A stretch of 24,807 bases of DNA from Methanosarcinales archaeon (GCA_016649585.1 JAENXH010000002.1:1-24807); one strand, 5' to 3'. Positions 1 to 12,374 are shown, counted from the stretch's first letter. Numbers and translations: made by a program. Notes: generated from the letters alone by a model not told the origin.

Positions 1-138
1 ATTCAGCGTTGACGATAGATAAAAACGAAGAAGGGTGTCAGAAACATCGAGAGGACACCGTGCATGGCTGAGGGCATCGCAGATCACATTTGGACTTGGA
101 AGGAATTGTTGACGTTTAAGGCGGATCGTGAAATTTAG
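1..138 (+). pseudogene. 3' end of an IS1-family transposase, frameshifted; 5' part lies outside the window
   Basis: Frame +1 from nt 19 reads IKTKKGVRNIERTPCMAEGIADHIWTWKELLTFKADREI* (TAG 136-138). RTP-x-M-x-x-G-x-x-DHIWT-x-x-ELL is the typical C-terminus of archaeal IS1-like transposases. The preceding SALT residues are in frame +3. A GATAGATA duplication at 14-21 accounts for the shift. Confidence 0.75.
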
Positions 139-147
139 GACATTACC
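138..147 (-). mobile_element. Right terminal inverted repeat of the IS1-like element
   Basis: GGACATTACC, reverse complement GGTAATGTCC, resembles the GGT(A/G)ATG start of IS1-family ends and directly follows the transposase stop. The partner end is outside the window. Confidence 0.65.
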
Positions 148-202
148 AAATAATAAGGGATTAAACTGTTTTTGATAACTTAGTTACAAGATTTTTGAGC
201 AC

Positions 203-403
203 TCATACATCAGCCTGAATTTCACATTTATTGTTCTCGAACCAGTCCGGACATTTACAATTCCCTTGAGGGCTTTTACAAAGTTCTTTCTCTAGGTCTT
301 TTACTCTTTCATCCCTCAGGGACAGTTTCAATATATTAAATATACTACTCCAAAAGCCCACTACTATTTCAGACAGAGGATACTTTTTATGCTTGCTTAT
401 CAA
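203..403 (-). pseudogene. Probable frameshifted C-terminal part of the upstream membrane-protein gene (Cys-rich tail)
   Basis: The frame stays open upstream of the TTG start (FLAGALRILISKHKK...) into the A7 run at 426-432, next to where the upstream ORF ends. It ends in C-x6-C-x-C-x7-C. Confidence 0.45.
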
Positions 404-420
404 AATCCTAAGAGCTCCTG

Positions 421-891
421 CTAAGAAAAAAATGATAAAAAGATTGAGATTTTAAAAGCTGGTAACAATATTTCACTTTTAAAGATTAAAATTTTAAAAA
501 CTGGTAACAATACTTCATTTTTACTTAGAGAAAAAAGAAAGGCAAAACTCATCACAATTATAGAATAGAGACAATATCCTACAGCTAGAGAATTTTTTTT
601 ATAGAGATGACCCCAGTAATTCGCATGACGTAACTTTCGGCCTGCAATTTCTGGATTAAACTGTTCTCCTTTTTCCTTTGCGTAAACTTCGACATTAAAA
701 AACGCAATATACATCTGAGTTAAAGCATCTGTACGAACTGTATATAGACACCCAGTGAAAAATACCAAAATTGTGAGGACCGTGGCGGCTAATAATTGCA
801 AATAATCCCATTCAGAAGGGAGCATTATATGCAATATGATAATCAAAATAATCACGCCAATTAGTGGGGAGACTTCTTTCAGTTTTCCCAT
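421..891 (-). CDS. Hypothetical multi-pass membrane protein (AT-rich); likely start ATG at 891, track start at 942
   Basis: Several long hydrophobic stretches (SPLIGVIILIIILHIML; LLAATVLTILVFFTGCLY; YSIIVMSFAFLFSLS). It is visibly more AT-rich than nrdD and has a TATA-like TTTATAA upstream on the minus strand (about 984-990). I recognise no family. Confidence 0.65.
   Translation of the reverse strand: MGKLKEVSPLIGVIILIIILHIMLPSEWDYLQLLAATVLTILVFFTGCLYTVRTDALTQMYIAFFNVEVYAKEKGEQFNPEIAGRKLRHANYWGHLYKKNSLAVGYCLYSIIVMSFAFLFSLSKNEVLLPVFKILIFKSEILLPAFKISIFLSFFS
449..522. repeat. Tandem duplication with a 42-bp period (two 32-nt cores, 29/32 identical) inside the membrane-protein gene
   Basis: attttaaaagctggtaacaatatttcactttt (449-480) versus attttaaaaactggtaacaatacttcattttt (491-522); encodes EVLLPVFKILIFKS / EILLPAFKISIFLS. 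Confidence 0.85.
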
Positions 892-1018
892 AGTTGCTTT
901 CACCTGCAGCTTTTTATTCGTCCGAAGATGTAAAAGGCGCAAAAGATAAAAGCAGTTTTAATTTTGGTGCGGTTTAAAGATGGTTATAAAGTTGATAGCT
1001 GTTGTTCTCATAATCCCA

Positions 1019-3310
1019 TCACCTCACCTCATTCCCACCGTACCGCATCCGATCAAGCAACTCCTGCTTCTTACCCTCGTTCCAGCCGCTCACCGCTTGC
1101 AGATACCCCGTTATCCTGGATATATAATCGAGATTCTTAGAGTCGCACTTCTCGCACTCCTCCATCAAACCCATCGTTACGTGTGCGCAATCCGTGCAGA
1201 CTGTCATATCCTTCGTAAACGCGTAATAGCCCGTCTGCGTATTCTCCGCGATCTTCATCGCCAAACTTTTAACTCCGCGCGGGTCGGGATACCCCTCACC
1301 GAGGAATATGTGCATGATGTTACCACCATCAACGATCGGGAAGAAGATATGCTCGATATTTATCCGCTCCGCAAGCGAGATATTAGCATTCGGCGGCACG
1401 TGCGTGCCATTCGTATAGTAAATCGGCAGGTTGCGCGTCTCGTGTATAAGAGAGAGCGCACGCTCAAGATCGCCCTTAACGACTGACAAAGCCTTATCTC
1501 TAAATTCCTCCTGTAAGATGTCTGCCACGGCGAATCGCTGCACCACGGTCTCTGCCGGTGTCCGTGAGAAACTTATCGTCATGCCTTCACGTTCCGACAA
1601 CTCCTTTGCGTACAATTCCATCTCCGTCATTGCTCGTACCGCAAGCTTTAACGCGCCTTTATCCTCATGCATTTGCTTGCCGTAATGATACTGAACCATC
1701 TCATTTATGCCCACCACGCCGATGATGTACACCAGCTCATCGAGATTAACCGCCACAGACCCTTTTTCACCAGTGTGCGGATCTTTCGGTCGTTGTGTCG
1801 CAAACGGCATGCGTCCGCCGTCAACGATCTGCTTCATCCATTGCTTCTTCACCTTCAACACTTCCACGGCACTGTCCATCCGCCGTTTCAGTTCCGCAAT
1901 CAGCTTATCATCATCGCCATCCGCCCGGTACGCCGCTCGTGGACAGTTTAGCGTTATTACTTGCCAGCCGCCCATCGTGAAGTGCGTGCCGTTATTGAAA
2001 TACATTTTATCCTTGAAGTCCGCATCGTCCGGCGATGTCTTGAAACTGTACGCACAGCACTGATAGCATGAAACGCCTTCGCCAGCCCCTCTGTACTCCG
2101 GTATCTTATTATCAAAGTACGGTGTACCATACTTCGCCGTGAGTTCAAACGCTAAATCATAAAGCTCTTCATACGTCGGTAAATCCAGATGCTTCTCATT
2201 AAACGCCACATCCTCTTTGAGGAAATCAGGCTCTATCGCAATCTCAGGCTTCGGGAAGTTGAACGGCTTACCCCAATAATCGCCCTGGAGCATGACTTTC
2301 ATCAACGCCTTGAACGCCAACCGTACCTCTCGCTCAAACTCGCCGTAGGTCCGAAGCGGCACGTTCTCGCCATTCCATACCTCGCCCTTATAAACCGCCG
2401 GCTTGTCCTTCCAGATCTTCGGTATGCCCGGCGTGAGCTGAACAGAAGAGAATACCAATTGTCCTCCGCGTGCAACTTGCATTTGCGTCATTTCATACAC
2501 GAACATCTGCATCAACTGCTCGATCTCCTCATACGAATGCCCCTCTAAATACGGCGCGATGAACGTAAGGAAATTGAAAAAGCCCTGGCCGCCTGCGAAG
2601 TTCGTCTGTGCACTGCCCAAAATCTTAACCGCATGCAGAATGGCAACCTCTGCTTTCTTCGCCGGTCCTGCGACAGACGCTTTTGTCCCTGCACCGTCAG
2701 GCATCAGGCCATAATAAAAGAAGTAACGAAGGTCCCAGTCCTGACAAAAACCACGCGTACCAAAATATTCAAGATCATGGATATGCAAATCGCCACTGAG
2801 ATGTGCATCCGCGAGCTTCGGCGGCAAGAGCAGCAAATATTGCTCCTTGCAAATCTTGTCCGCTTTCTTCTTATGTGACGTCTCTGCATTATCCTGCAAA
2901 TTCGCATTCTCATTCGCCTCAAATCCTTCACCGATATCAATCAGATGCGCGTCATACACCGGCGTTCCCACCCGCGTACAAACGTTCCGCCACTCCTGCT
3001 TATGATACTCCTCCAGTAAAATCTGGTTCACTATTTCCCGAACTAACGCGCCTGAAAGCTGCGAGATCCCCATTACTCTTATCCGCTTTGCCGCCACCTT
3101 CGCGATCTCCCGCGCCGTGTCTTCGTCTATCGGCGAACTGCCGTAAAACTCACCGCTCAATTTCGTTTCACGTAGAAGCTGCTTTACTATCGCTTCCTTA
3201 TCCCACTCCAGCATGTGCCCATCGCTGGTTCGCACCTTTGGGAATCGCAATTTCACGCCGTCCAGCGTGGTTTGCACCGTGCCATTATCCACAATAAAAC
3301 CTTTTTTCAT
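1019..3310 (-). CDS. nrdD: Anaerobic (class III) ribonucleoside-triphosphate reductase with N-terminal ATP cone
   Basis: 763 aa. ATP cone (PKVRTSDGHMLEWDKEAIVKQL), GDLHIHDLEY, finger-loop SCYQCC, Zn site CTDC...CEKC and C-terminal glycyl-radical motif SRITGYL. Confidence 0.97.
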   Translation of the reverse strand: MKKGFIVDNGTVQTTLDGVKLRFPKVRTSDGHMLEWDKEAIVKQLLRETKLSGEFYGSSPIDEDTAREIAKVAAKRIRVMGISQLSGALVREIVNQILLEEYHKQEWRNVCTRVGTPVYDAHLIDIGEGFEANENANLQDNAETSHKKKADKICKEQYLLLLPPKLADAHLSGDLHIHDLEYFGTRGFCQDWDLRYFFYYGLMPDGAGTKASVAGPAKKAEVAILHAVKILGSAQTNFAGGQGFFNFLTFIAPYLEGHSYEEIEQLMQMFVYEMTQMQVARGGQLVFSSVQLTPGIPKIWKDKPAVYKGEVWNGENVPLRTYGEFEREVRLAFKALMKVMLQGDYWGKPFNFPKPEIAIEPDFLKEDVAFNEKHLDLPTYEELYDLAFELTAKYGTPYFDNKIPEYRGAGEGVSCYQCCAYSFKTSPDDADFKDKMYFNNGTHFTMGGWQVITLNCPRAAYRADGDDDKLIAELKRRMDSAVEVLKVKKQWMKQIVDGGRMPFATQRPKDPHTGEKGSVAVNLDELVYIIGVVGINEMVQYHYGKQMHEDKGALKLAVRAMTEMELYAKELSEREGMTISFSRTPAETVVQRFAVADILQEEFRDKALSVVKGDLERALSLIHETRNLPIYYTNGTHVPPNANISLAERINIEHIFFPIVDGGNIMHIFLGEGYPDPRGVKSLAMKIAENTQTGYYAFTKDMTVCTDCAHVTMGLMEECEKCDSKNLDYISRITGYLQAVSGWNEGKKQELLDRMRYGGNEVR

Positions 3311-3573
3311 GTTCCTCCCTCTTCCATTATCACTTCTTTAATCCTCTCTTTCCGCAACTCATCGCCGTTAAATAAATCATTATCAGTCAGAAAAGTCGAA
3401 CCCACCTGAACAACAGGCGTAACGAGCGTGAAAACACCCTGCATTCGTAACTCAGTCAGCGCTTCCGCCGTCGTTATATCCACCTCCTCATACGCTTCGC
3501 CTTCCGCTGCTAAAAACTCCTTGACTATTTTACAATTTGGACATATCTCCGTTGTGTAAACTTTTATTCCCAT
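3307..3573 (-). CDS. nrdH: Glutaredoxin-like NrdH-type redoxin (likely start ATG at 3573; track start 3588)
   Basis: IKVYTTEICPNCKIVKEFL with a CxxC motif, plus cis-Pro motif TPVVQVG. Its stop overlaps the nrdD start (ATGA, 3307-3310). Confidence 0.85.
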   Translation of the reverse strand: MGIKVYTTEICPNCKIVKEFLAAEGEAYEEVDITTAEALTELRMQGVFTLVTPVVQVGSTFLTDNDLFNGDELRKERIKEVIMEEGGT

Positions 3574-3639
3574 CTTCTTCCACTCCACCGCAGCTAAACG
3601 AGATGACTATTAGATCGCTATACATCTATTGTAACGCAA

Positions 3640-3653
3640 CATAAAAAACTTTT
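3640..3653 (-). promoter_or_regulatory. Putative BRE/TATA promoter of nrdH-nrdD
   Basis: Minus strand reads AAAAGTTTTTTATG about 65 nt upstream of the nrdH start. Confidence 0.4.
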
Positions 3654-3860
3654 GCATACCTTCTATTCTAAGTATCCTGCACCAATATTTTCGATATTAA
3701 ATCACTAATTGAGCGGATTTTTATTAAAAACTGGTTTTACACACCCCATACTAAAATCAAAACCTGTTTAGAGCTTTTATCAGCTTGAATGTTTAACAAG
3801 TCTCTGGTTGTACCAAACAAGAGAAAACACATAAATAGAGAGAGGTAAAGGCCAAGGAGA

Positions 3861-3932
3861 AGCCAAGGCCCGGATTTGAACCGGGGTATAGCTGATCTGC
3901 AGTCAACCGCGTAGCCGCTCCGCCACCTTGGC
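3861..3932 (-). tRNA. tRNA-Cys(GCA)
   Basis: Acceptor stem GCCAAGG/CCTTGGC with U73, anticodon arm GTTGA-CT GCA GA-TCAGC (G37), T loop TTCAAAT. 72 nt, no intron, CCA not encoded. Confidence 0.97.
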
Positions 3933-3938
3933 GCGCAA

Positions 3939-3976
3939 CGCACTTAACAACTCTGATTTCATCTGGGCCCAGCGAG
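3939..3976 (-). other. 3' arm of the pre-23S processing stem (BHB)
   Basis: Transcript CUCGCUGGG-CCCA-GAUG-AAA-UCAGAGUUGUUA-A-GUGCG pairs with 6915-6952. AAA bulge at 3957-3959; 4-bp central helix at 3960-3963. Confidence 0.9.
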
Positions 3977-3979
3977 GTT

Positions 3980-6914
<2,935 letters not shown>

Positions 6915-6952
6915 CTCGCTAAACCCATTGGATGTCAGAGTTGTTATGTGCG
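6915..6952 (-). other. 5' arm of the pre-23S processing stem (BHB)
   Basis: Transcript CGCAC-A-UAACAACUCUGA-CAUC-CAA-UGGG-UUUAGCGAG. CAA bulge at 6928-6930; central helix CAUC/GAUG. Confidence 0.9.
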
Positions 6953-7054
6953 TATGATCACTTCATCTGGCAGTAGCACGAACTGCCTGCCATCCGCACC
7001 TTCCCTAACAACACAGATTGTTAGGTGCATCTGCTTATCTACCTATCTCAAATA

Positions 7055-7126
7055 TGGACTCGCTGGGATTTGAACCCAGGGCCTTCGCCTCGCAAAGGCG
7101 ACGATCTTCCACTGATCTACGAGCCC
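7055..7126 (-). tRNA. tRNA-Ala(TGC) in the 16S-23S spacer
   Basis: Acceptor stem GGGCUCG/CGAGUCC with the G3-U70 identity pair, anticodon arm UCGCC-UU UGC GA-GGCGA, discriminator A. Confidence 0.97.
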
Positions 7127-7171
7127 CGAAGTTTTCCCAGCTATCTGTTTACCATGCTTACATGTAAACCT

Positions 7172-7211
7172 AACTTAAACCGTAACCTGACAATCTTTCA
7201 GCTCTGATTGG
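7172..7211 (-). other. 3' arm of the pre-16S processing stem (BHB)
   Basis: Transcript CCAAUCAGA-GCUG-AAA-GAUUGUCAGG...GGUUUAAGUU pairs with 8751-8789. Confidence 0.85.
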
Positions 7212-7223
7212 GTTTTAAAATTT

Positions 7224-8711
<1,488 letters not shown>

Positions 8712-8750
8712 TAAATGGCAGGATCTCTACACACACACCTGACTAATGAA

Positions 8751-8789
8751 CCAATCAGATTTGCTGGTTCGTCAGATTAGGTTTAAGTT
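8751..8789 (-). other. 5' arm of the pre-16S processing stem (BHB)
   Basis: Transcript AACUUAAACC...UCUGACGAAC-CAGC-AAA-UCUGAUUGG. Central helix CAGC/GCUG flanked by two AAA bulges. Confidence 0.85.
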
Positions 8790-8936
8790 TCTATGTCGGA
8801 CACGAATGTTATCCTTCTCTTCGCGTCCCCATTCAGCTCTTCTTTGTAGCGTAGCGGAAGCCCACTTCTCATCCTTCGGGTATCCCCGTCATCGAAGCCG
8901 ACGCCGGTTGCTACAATTACCTATTATATTCTTGAC

Positions 8937-8950
8937 CTTAAAAAGTTTTA
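8937..8950 (-). promoter_or_regulatory. Putative rRNA operon promoter (BRE/TATA)
   Basis: Minus strand TAAAACTTTTTAAG immediately after the malic enzyme stop, about 225 nt upstream of the 16S 5' end. Confidence 0.6.
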
Positions 8951-8951
8951 G

Positions 8952-10244
8952 TCATTTTTTGATTATTCTCTTTCGGACTTCCGCTTCTAAATCTTCCGCG
9001 CTCATCCTCTTCTCAGCCACTCCCTGCTCTATCGCCTTCGTGCCCACTGCAACTGCTTCGCGCACGTACATCTCCTGCTCCTCCATGCTTGGAATTATGG
9101 CGACCTCACTTATCCCCTGCTCTTCCGCATAGTGCGCGATCGCATACGCCGCAGCTATGCACATCTCGTCCGTTATACTCGTAGCTCGGACGTCTAAAGT
9201 ACCTCTAAACACCGCAGGAAAACCTAAAGAGTTGTTAATTTGATTCTTGAAGTCGGACCGCCCCGTGGCTACTATTCGAGCGCCTCCCGCCTCTGCTTCC
9301 CAGGGCCAGATCTCCGGTACGGGATTGGCGGCTGCGAATACGATCGCGTCATCCGCCATACGCGCCACCCACTCCTGCTTTATCACGCCCGGGCCCGGCG
9401 TCGAAAGAGCGATGCAAACGTCAGTACCTCGCATTGCCTCCGCTATGCCTCCGCTTCTCCCCTCTTTGTTTGTCTTTTCGCTGATTTCCCACTTTGTTTT
9501 ATCTGCTTTCACAGCCTCTCTTTCTGCATTCAAGATCCCGCGGCTGTCCACCATGATCATGTTTTTCCATTTCGCACCCGCAACGTGCATATATTTCGCA
9601 ACGTTCATATTCGCCGCACCAGCACCGATAAGCGATACCGTTACTTCGCTCAAACTCTTCCCCACCACCTTCAGGGCGTTTATCAACCCCGCGAGTATCA
9701 CCAATGCGGTGCCCTGCTGGTCATCGTGCCAGACCGGCATCGTTAACTCTTCTCGTAACCGTTCCAGCAGGTAGTAGCACTTTGGACTCTCTATGTCCTC
9801 TAAGTTTATACCGCCAAAAGTAGGGGCAATACTCTTCACAACGTTTATTATCTCCTCCACCTCCGTTGTCGCCAGACAAATAGGAAATGCATCCACGCCA
9901 CCCAGATATTTAAACAGCATTGCTTTCCCTTCCATCACCGGAAGCGCTGCCTCTGGTCCTACGTCACCCAATCCTAACACTCTCGTGCCATCTGTAACTA
10001 TCGCCACAAAGTTGCCCTTGTTTGTGTACTCGTACACGCGCGCTCGATTTTTTTGTATCGCCCTACTCGGCTCAGCCACACCCGGCGTGTACCATATCGC
10101 AAAATCATCATAGCTTCTGACCGGTGCCTTCAGTCCGACGTCTATTTTTCCTTGATAGCGAGAATGATACTCTAAAGCAAGCTCCGCAGACTTATTTGCA
10201 GCTTTTAGATACTCTTTTTCCTCTGTTTTATCCTTTTCTTCCAT
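8952..10244 (-). CDS. mae: NAD(P)-dependent malic enzyme
   Basis: 430 aa. YTPGVAEP, VTDGTRVLGLGDVGP, MEGKAMLFK, INLEDI, HDDQQGT, Rossmann GAGAA and NQINNSLGFPAVFRG. Confidence 0.95.
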   Translation of the reverse strand: MEEKDKTEEKEYLKAANKSAELALEYHSRYQGKIDVGLKAPVRSYDDFAIWYTPGVAEPSRAIQKNRARVYEYTNKGNFVAIVTDGTRVLGLGDVGPEAALPVMEGKAMLFKYLGGVDAFPICLATTEVEEIINVVKSIAPTFGGINLEDIESPKCYYLLERLREELTMPVWHDDQQGTALVILAGLINALKVVGKSLSEVTVSLIGAGAANMNVAKYMHVAGAKWKNMIMVDSRGILNAEREAVKADKTKWEISEKTNKEGRSGGIAEAMRGTDVCIALSTPGPGVIKQEWVARMADDAIVFAAANPVPEIWPWEAEAGGARIVATGRSDFKNQINNSLGFPAVFRGTLDVRATSITDEMCIAAAYAIAHYAEEQGISEVAIIPSMEEQEMYVREAVAVGTKAIEQGVAEKRMSAEDLEAEVRKRIIKK

Positions 10245-10278
10245 TGAACGATCGCGATAGGTTATATCTTACAACTGT

Positions 10279-10297
10279 AAAACCATATAAAGTTTTT
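10279..10297. promoter_or_regulatory. Candidate bidirectional BRE/TATA element between mae and the fumarase beta gene
   Basis: AAAACCATATAAAGTTTTT reads AAAACCATATAAA on + and AAAAACTTTATAT on -, centred in the 84-bp divergent gap. Confidence 0.45.
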
Positions 10298-10328
10298 GCG
10301 CAGTAAAACTCTTCTTTAAAAAGAAAAA

Positions 10329-10916
10329 GTGTTGAAAAAGAAATTAGCCACGCCGATAAGAGAAGAAGAAATAAAGGAGTTGCAGGCAGGCGATCTTGTG
10401 TATCTCAGCGGCGACTTATATACAGCGCGAGACAAAGCGCATCAGCGTATCGTAGAATATAAACTCAAAGATGCGGAAACGGAGATACCGATAGAAAAAG
10501 GCGCGGTAATATATCATTGCGGGCCGCTCATGAGGAAGAGCGATGGAGGATGGGAGATTATAGCCGCCGGGCCCACCACCAGCTCGAGAATGGATGCGAC
10601 AACGCCGGAGATAATAGAAATGCTACTGATTCGCGGAATCATAGGAAAAGGAGGCATGGGCATTGGAACGAGAGCGGCACTGCAAAAATATGGCTGCGTG
10701 TATTTCGCGATGACCGGTGGTGCAGCGGTTTTAGCCGCCGCACGCATAAAAGCGGTAAAAGCGGTGTATTGGGTAGACCTTGGTATGGCGGAGGCGGTCT
10801 GGCATCTCCTTGTCGACGATTTCGGGCCTCTTGTGGTCAGCATAGACGCACATGGTAAGAGCTTATATGAGAAAATAAACGAAGAAGCTCAGAGAAACGT
10901 TCGTACTTCGATATAA
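10329..10916 (+). CDS. Class I fumarate hydratase / L(+)-tartrate dehydratase beta subunit (C-terminal domain)
   Basis: 195 aa. LSGDLYTARDKAH, YHCGP, AGPTTSSRM, IIGKGGM, GGAAVLAA, DLGMAEAVW, FGPLVVSIDAHG. Confidence 0.92.
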   Translation: MLKKKLATPIREEEIKELQAGDLVYLSGDLYTARDKAHQRIVEYKLKDAETEIPIEKGAVIYHCGPLMRKSDGGWEIIAAGPTTSSRMDATTPEIIEMLLIRGIIGKGGMGIGTRAALQKYGCVYFAMTGGAAVLAAARIKAVKAVYWVDLGMAEAVWHLLVDDFGPLVVSIDAHGKSLYEKINEEAQRNVRTSI

Positions 10917-10945
10917 AATTCCCTGTAACTAAGCACAGATACGCC

Positions 10946-12145
10946 TTAATGCATGCTCGCATTTATCCTGACATAATCATAGGTTAAATCGCAACCCCAC
11001 GCTGTCGCTTCCGCTTCTACTCCCGTTCCCATATCCACGTCAATGAATATCTCCTCGCCCTTCATTACGGTCCTCTCCGAATCTGACAAATCCAAAAATT
11101 CGCCGTTCTTCACTGCTAAAACTTCCTTCTCACCCTTTAAGCGTATAGATATTCCACTGAAGCTCCCATCTTCTGCAATAACGGAACTCCCGATAGCCGC
11201 AATTATACGACCACAGACAAGGTCGGGGCGTTCACCAAAAATAGCACTTTTCACTAACGGTGACCGGACTATTGATCGAGCTACTTCCCTTGCGTCCGCA
11301 ATGGATGGAGCGCCTTTTACCCTCACTTCTATAAACTTCGTTGCTCCTTCACCATCCCTCGCTATCAACTTCGCAAGCTCCTGACAAACAAAAGTTAATC
11401 CCGCTTTAAAATCAGCCTCGCTTATCTTTCCGCTTTTGCCCGTGGCTACAAGCAATACCGTATCGTTCGTGCTCATGTCCCCATCCACCACGGTCATATT
11501 GAATGAATTCTCAACCGCATCTTTCAAACTCCCGTTCAGCACTTCGTCATCCAAAGAAGCATCAGTATAAATAAAAGCGAGCATGGTGGCGGTAGTCATG
11601 TGCGGGGCGATCATCCCTGAGCCTTTTACAATTCCTCCTATTACCACCCGTTCATCATTGCCCGTATCGATACTAATCGCCGTCTCTTTATGGAACGTAT
11701 CTGTGGTCATTATAGCCTTTGCTGCTGCCGTGCTACCTTCTGCTCCAGAGGTTAATCCCTTCACGACTTCTCCAAGCTGCCCTTCTATTAAGCCCATATC
11801 CAATTGTGCCCCGATAGGGCCGGTAGAGAGAACAGCCACTTCTTCTTTATCCACGCCCAAGAATGACGAGGCAAGTTCTGCCATTTTTTCTGCATTTCTC
11901 ATCCCTCGCTCACCGGTAAAGCTATTTGCACAGCCGCTATTCGCAATTATTGCGCTTATTCTGCCCTTCTCAAGCTGCTTCTTCGTAAACCTCACGGGTG
12001 CGGCTTTTATTTTATTTGTGGTGTACATACCCGAGGCTTTGCCTTCCCCCTCTATCAAAGCTAACCCTTTATTACCCTCTTTTATTCCGTATGCCCTTAC
12101 GCCTTTCACAGCGCAAAGTCCACCTTTTATTACTTCCATCTTCAT
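10946..12145 (-). CDS. argJ: Ornithine acetyltransferase (ArgJ)
   Basis: 399 aa. NSGCANSFTG, STGPIG, IMTTDT, KGSGMIAP...ATML, VDGDMSTNDT, IARDGEGATK, AWGCDLTYDYVRINA. Confidence 0.95.
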   Translation of the reverse strand: MKMEVIKGGLCAVKGVRAYGIKEGNKGLALIEGEGKASGMYTTNKIKAAPVRFTKKQLEKGRISAIIANSGCANSFTGERGMRNAEKMAELASSFLGVDKEEVAVLSTGPIGAQLDMGLIEGQLGEVVKGLTSGAEGSTAAAKAIMTTDTFHKETAISIDTGNDERVVIGGIVKGSGMIAPHMTTATMLAFIYTDASLDDEVLNGSLKDAVENSFNMTVVDGDMSTNDTVLLVATGKSGKISEADFKAGLTFVCQELAKLIARDGEGATKFIEVRVKGAPSIADAREVARSIVRSPLVKSAIFGERPDLVCGRIIAAIGSSVIAEDGSFSGISIRLKGEKEVLAVKNGEFLDLSDSERTVMKGEEIFIDVDMGTGVEAEATAWGCDLTYDYVRINASMH

Positions 12146-12248
12146 TTTCTTCTCTCTCTCCCCCTTTGAAGAGTAATGATATATCTTAACCAGATCTTAT
12201 ACGCTTCTTCGTGCCCCATCTCTCTAATCATGTCCATAAATCTCAAAT

Positions 12249-12262
12249 GAAAAATATTTAAA
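12249..12262 (+). promoter_or_regulatory. Putative BRE/TATA for tRNA-Val
   Basis: GAAAAATATTTAAA about 40 nt upstream of the tRNA 5' end. Confidence 0.45.
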
Positions 12263-12300
12263 TCACTTCATGATTTATCCATTATAATAAAGTGAAAAAA

Positions 12301-12374
12301 GGGCTCGTGGTCTAGTTGGTTATGACACCGCCTTCACGAGGCGGAGGTCATGCGTTCGAATCGCATCGAGCCCA
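12301..12374 (+). tRNA. tRNA-Val(CAC)
   Basis: Acceptor stem GGGCTCG/CGAGCCC, anticodon arm CCGCC-TT CAC GA-GGCGG, T arm ATGCG-TTCGAAT-CGCAT, discriminator A. Confidence 0.97.

Noticed and set aside
3618-3633. NrdR-box-like sequence upstream of nrdH
   Set aside because: Only about 7 of 10 core positions match, there is no tandem second box, and the context is AT-rich.
3850-3868. GCCAAGG repeated 11 bp beyond the tRNA-Cys 3' end, as a possible att site
   Set aside because: Only 7 bp, with no integrase or inserted DNA between the copies.
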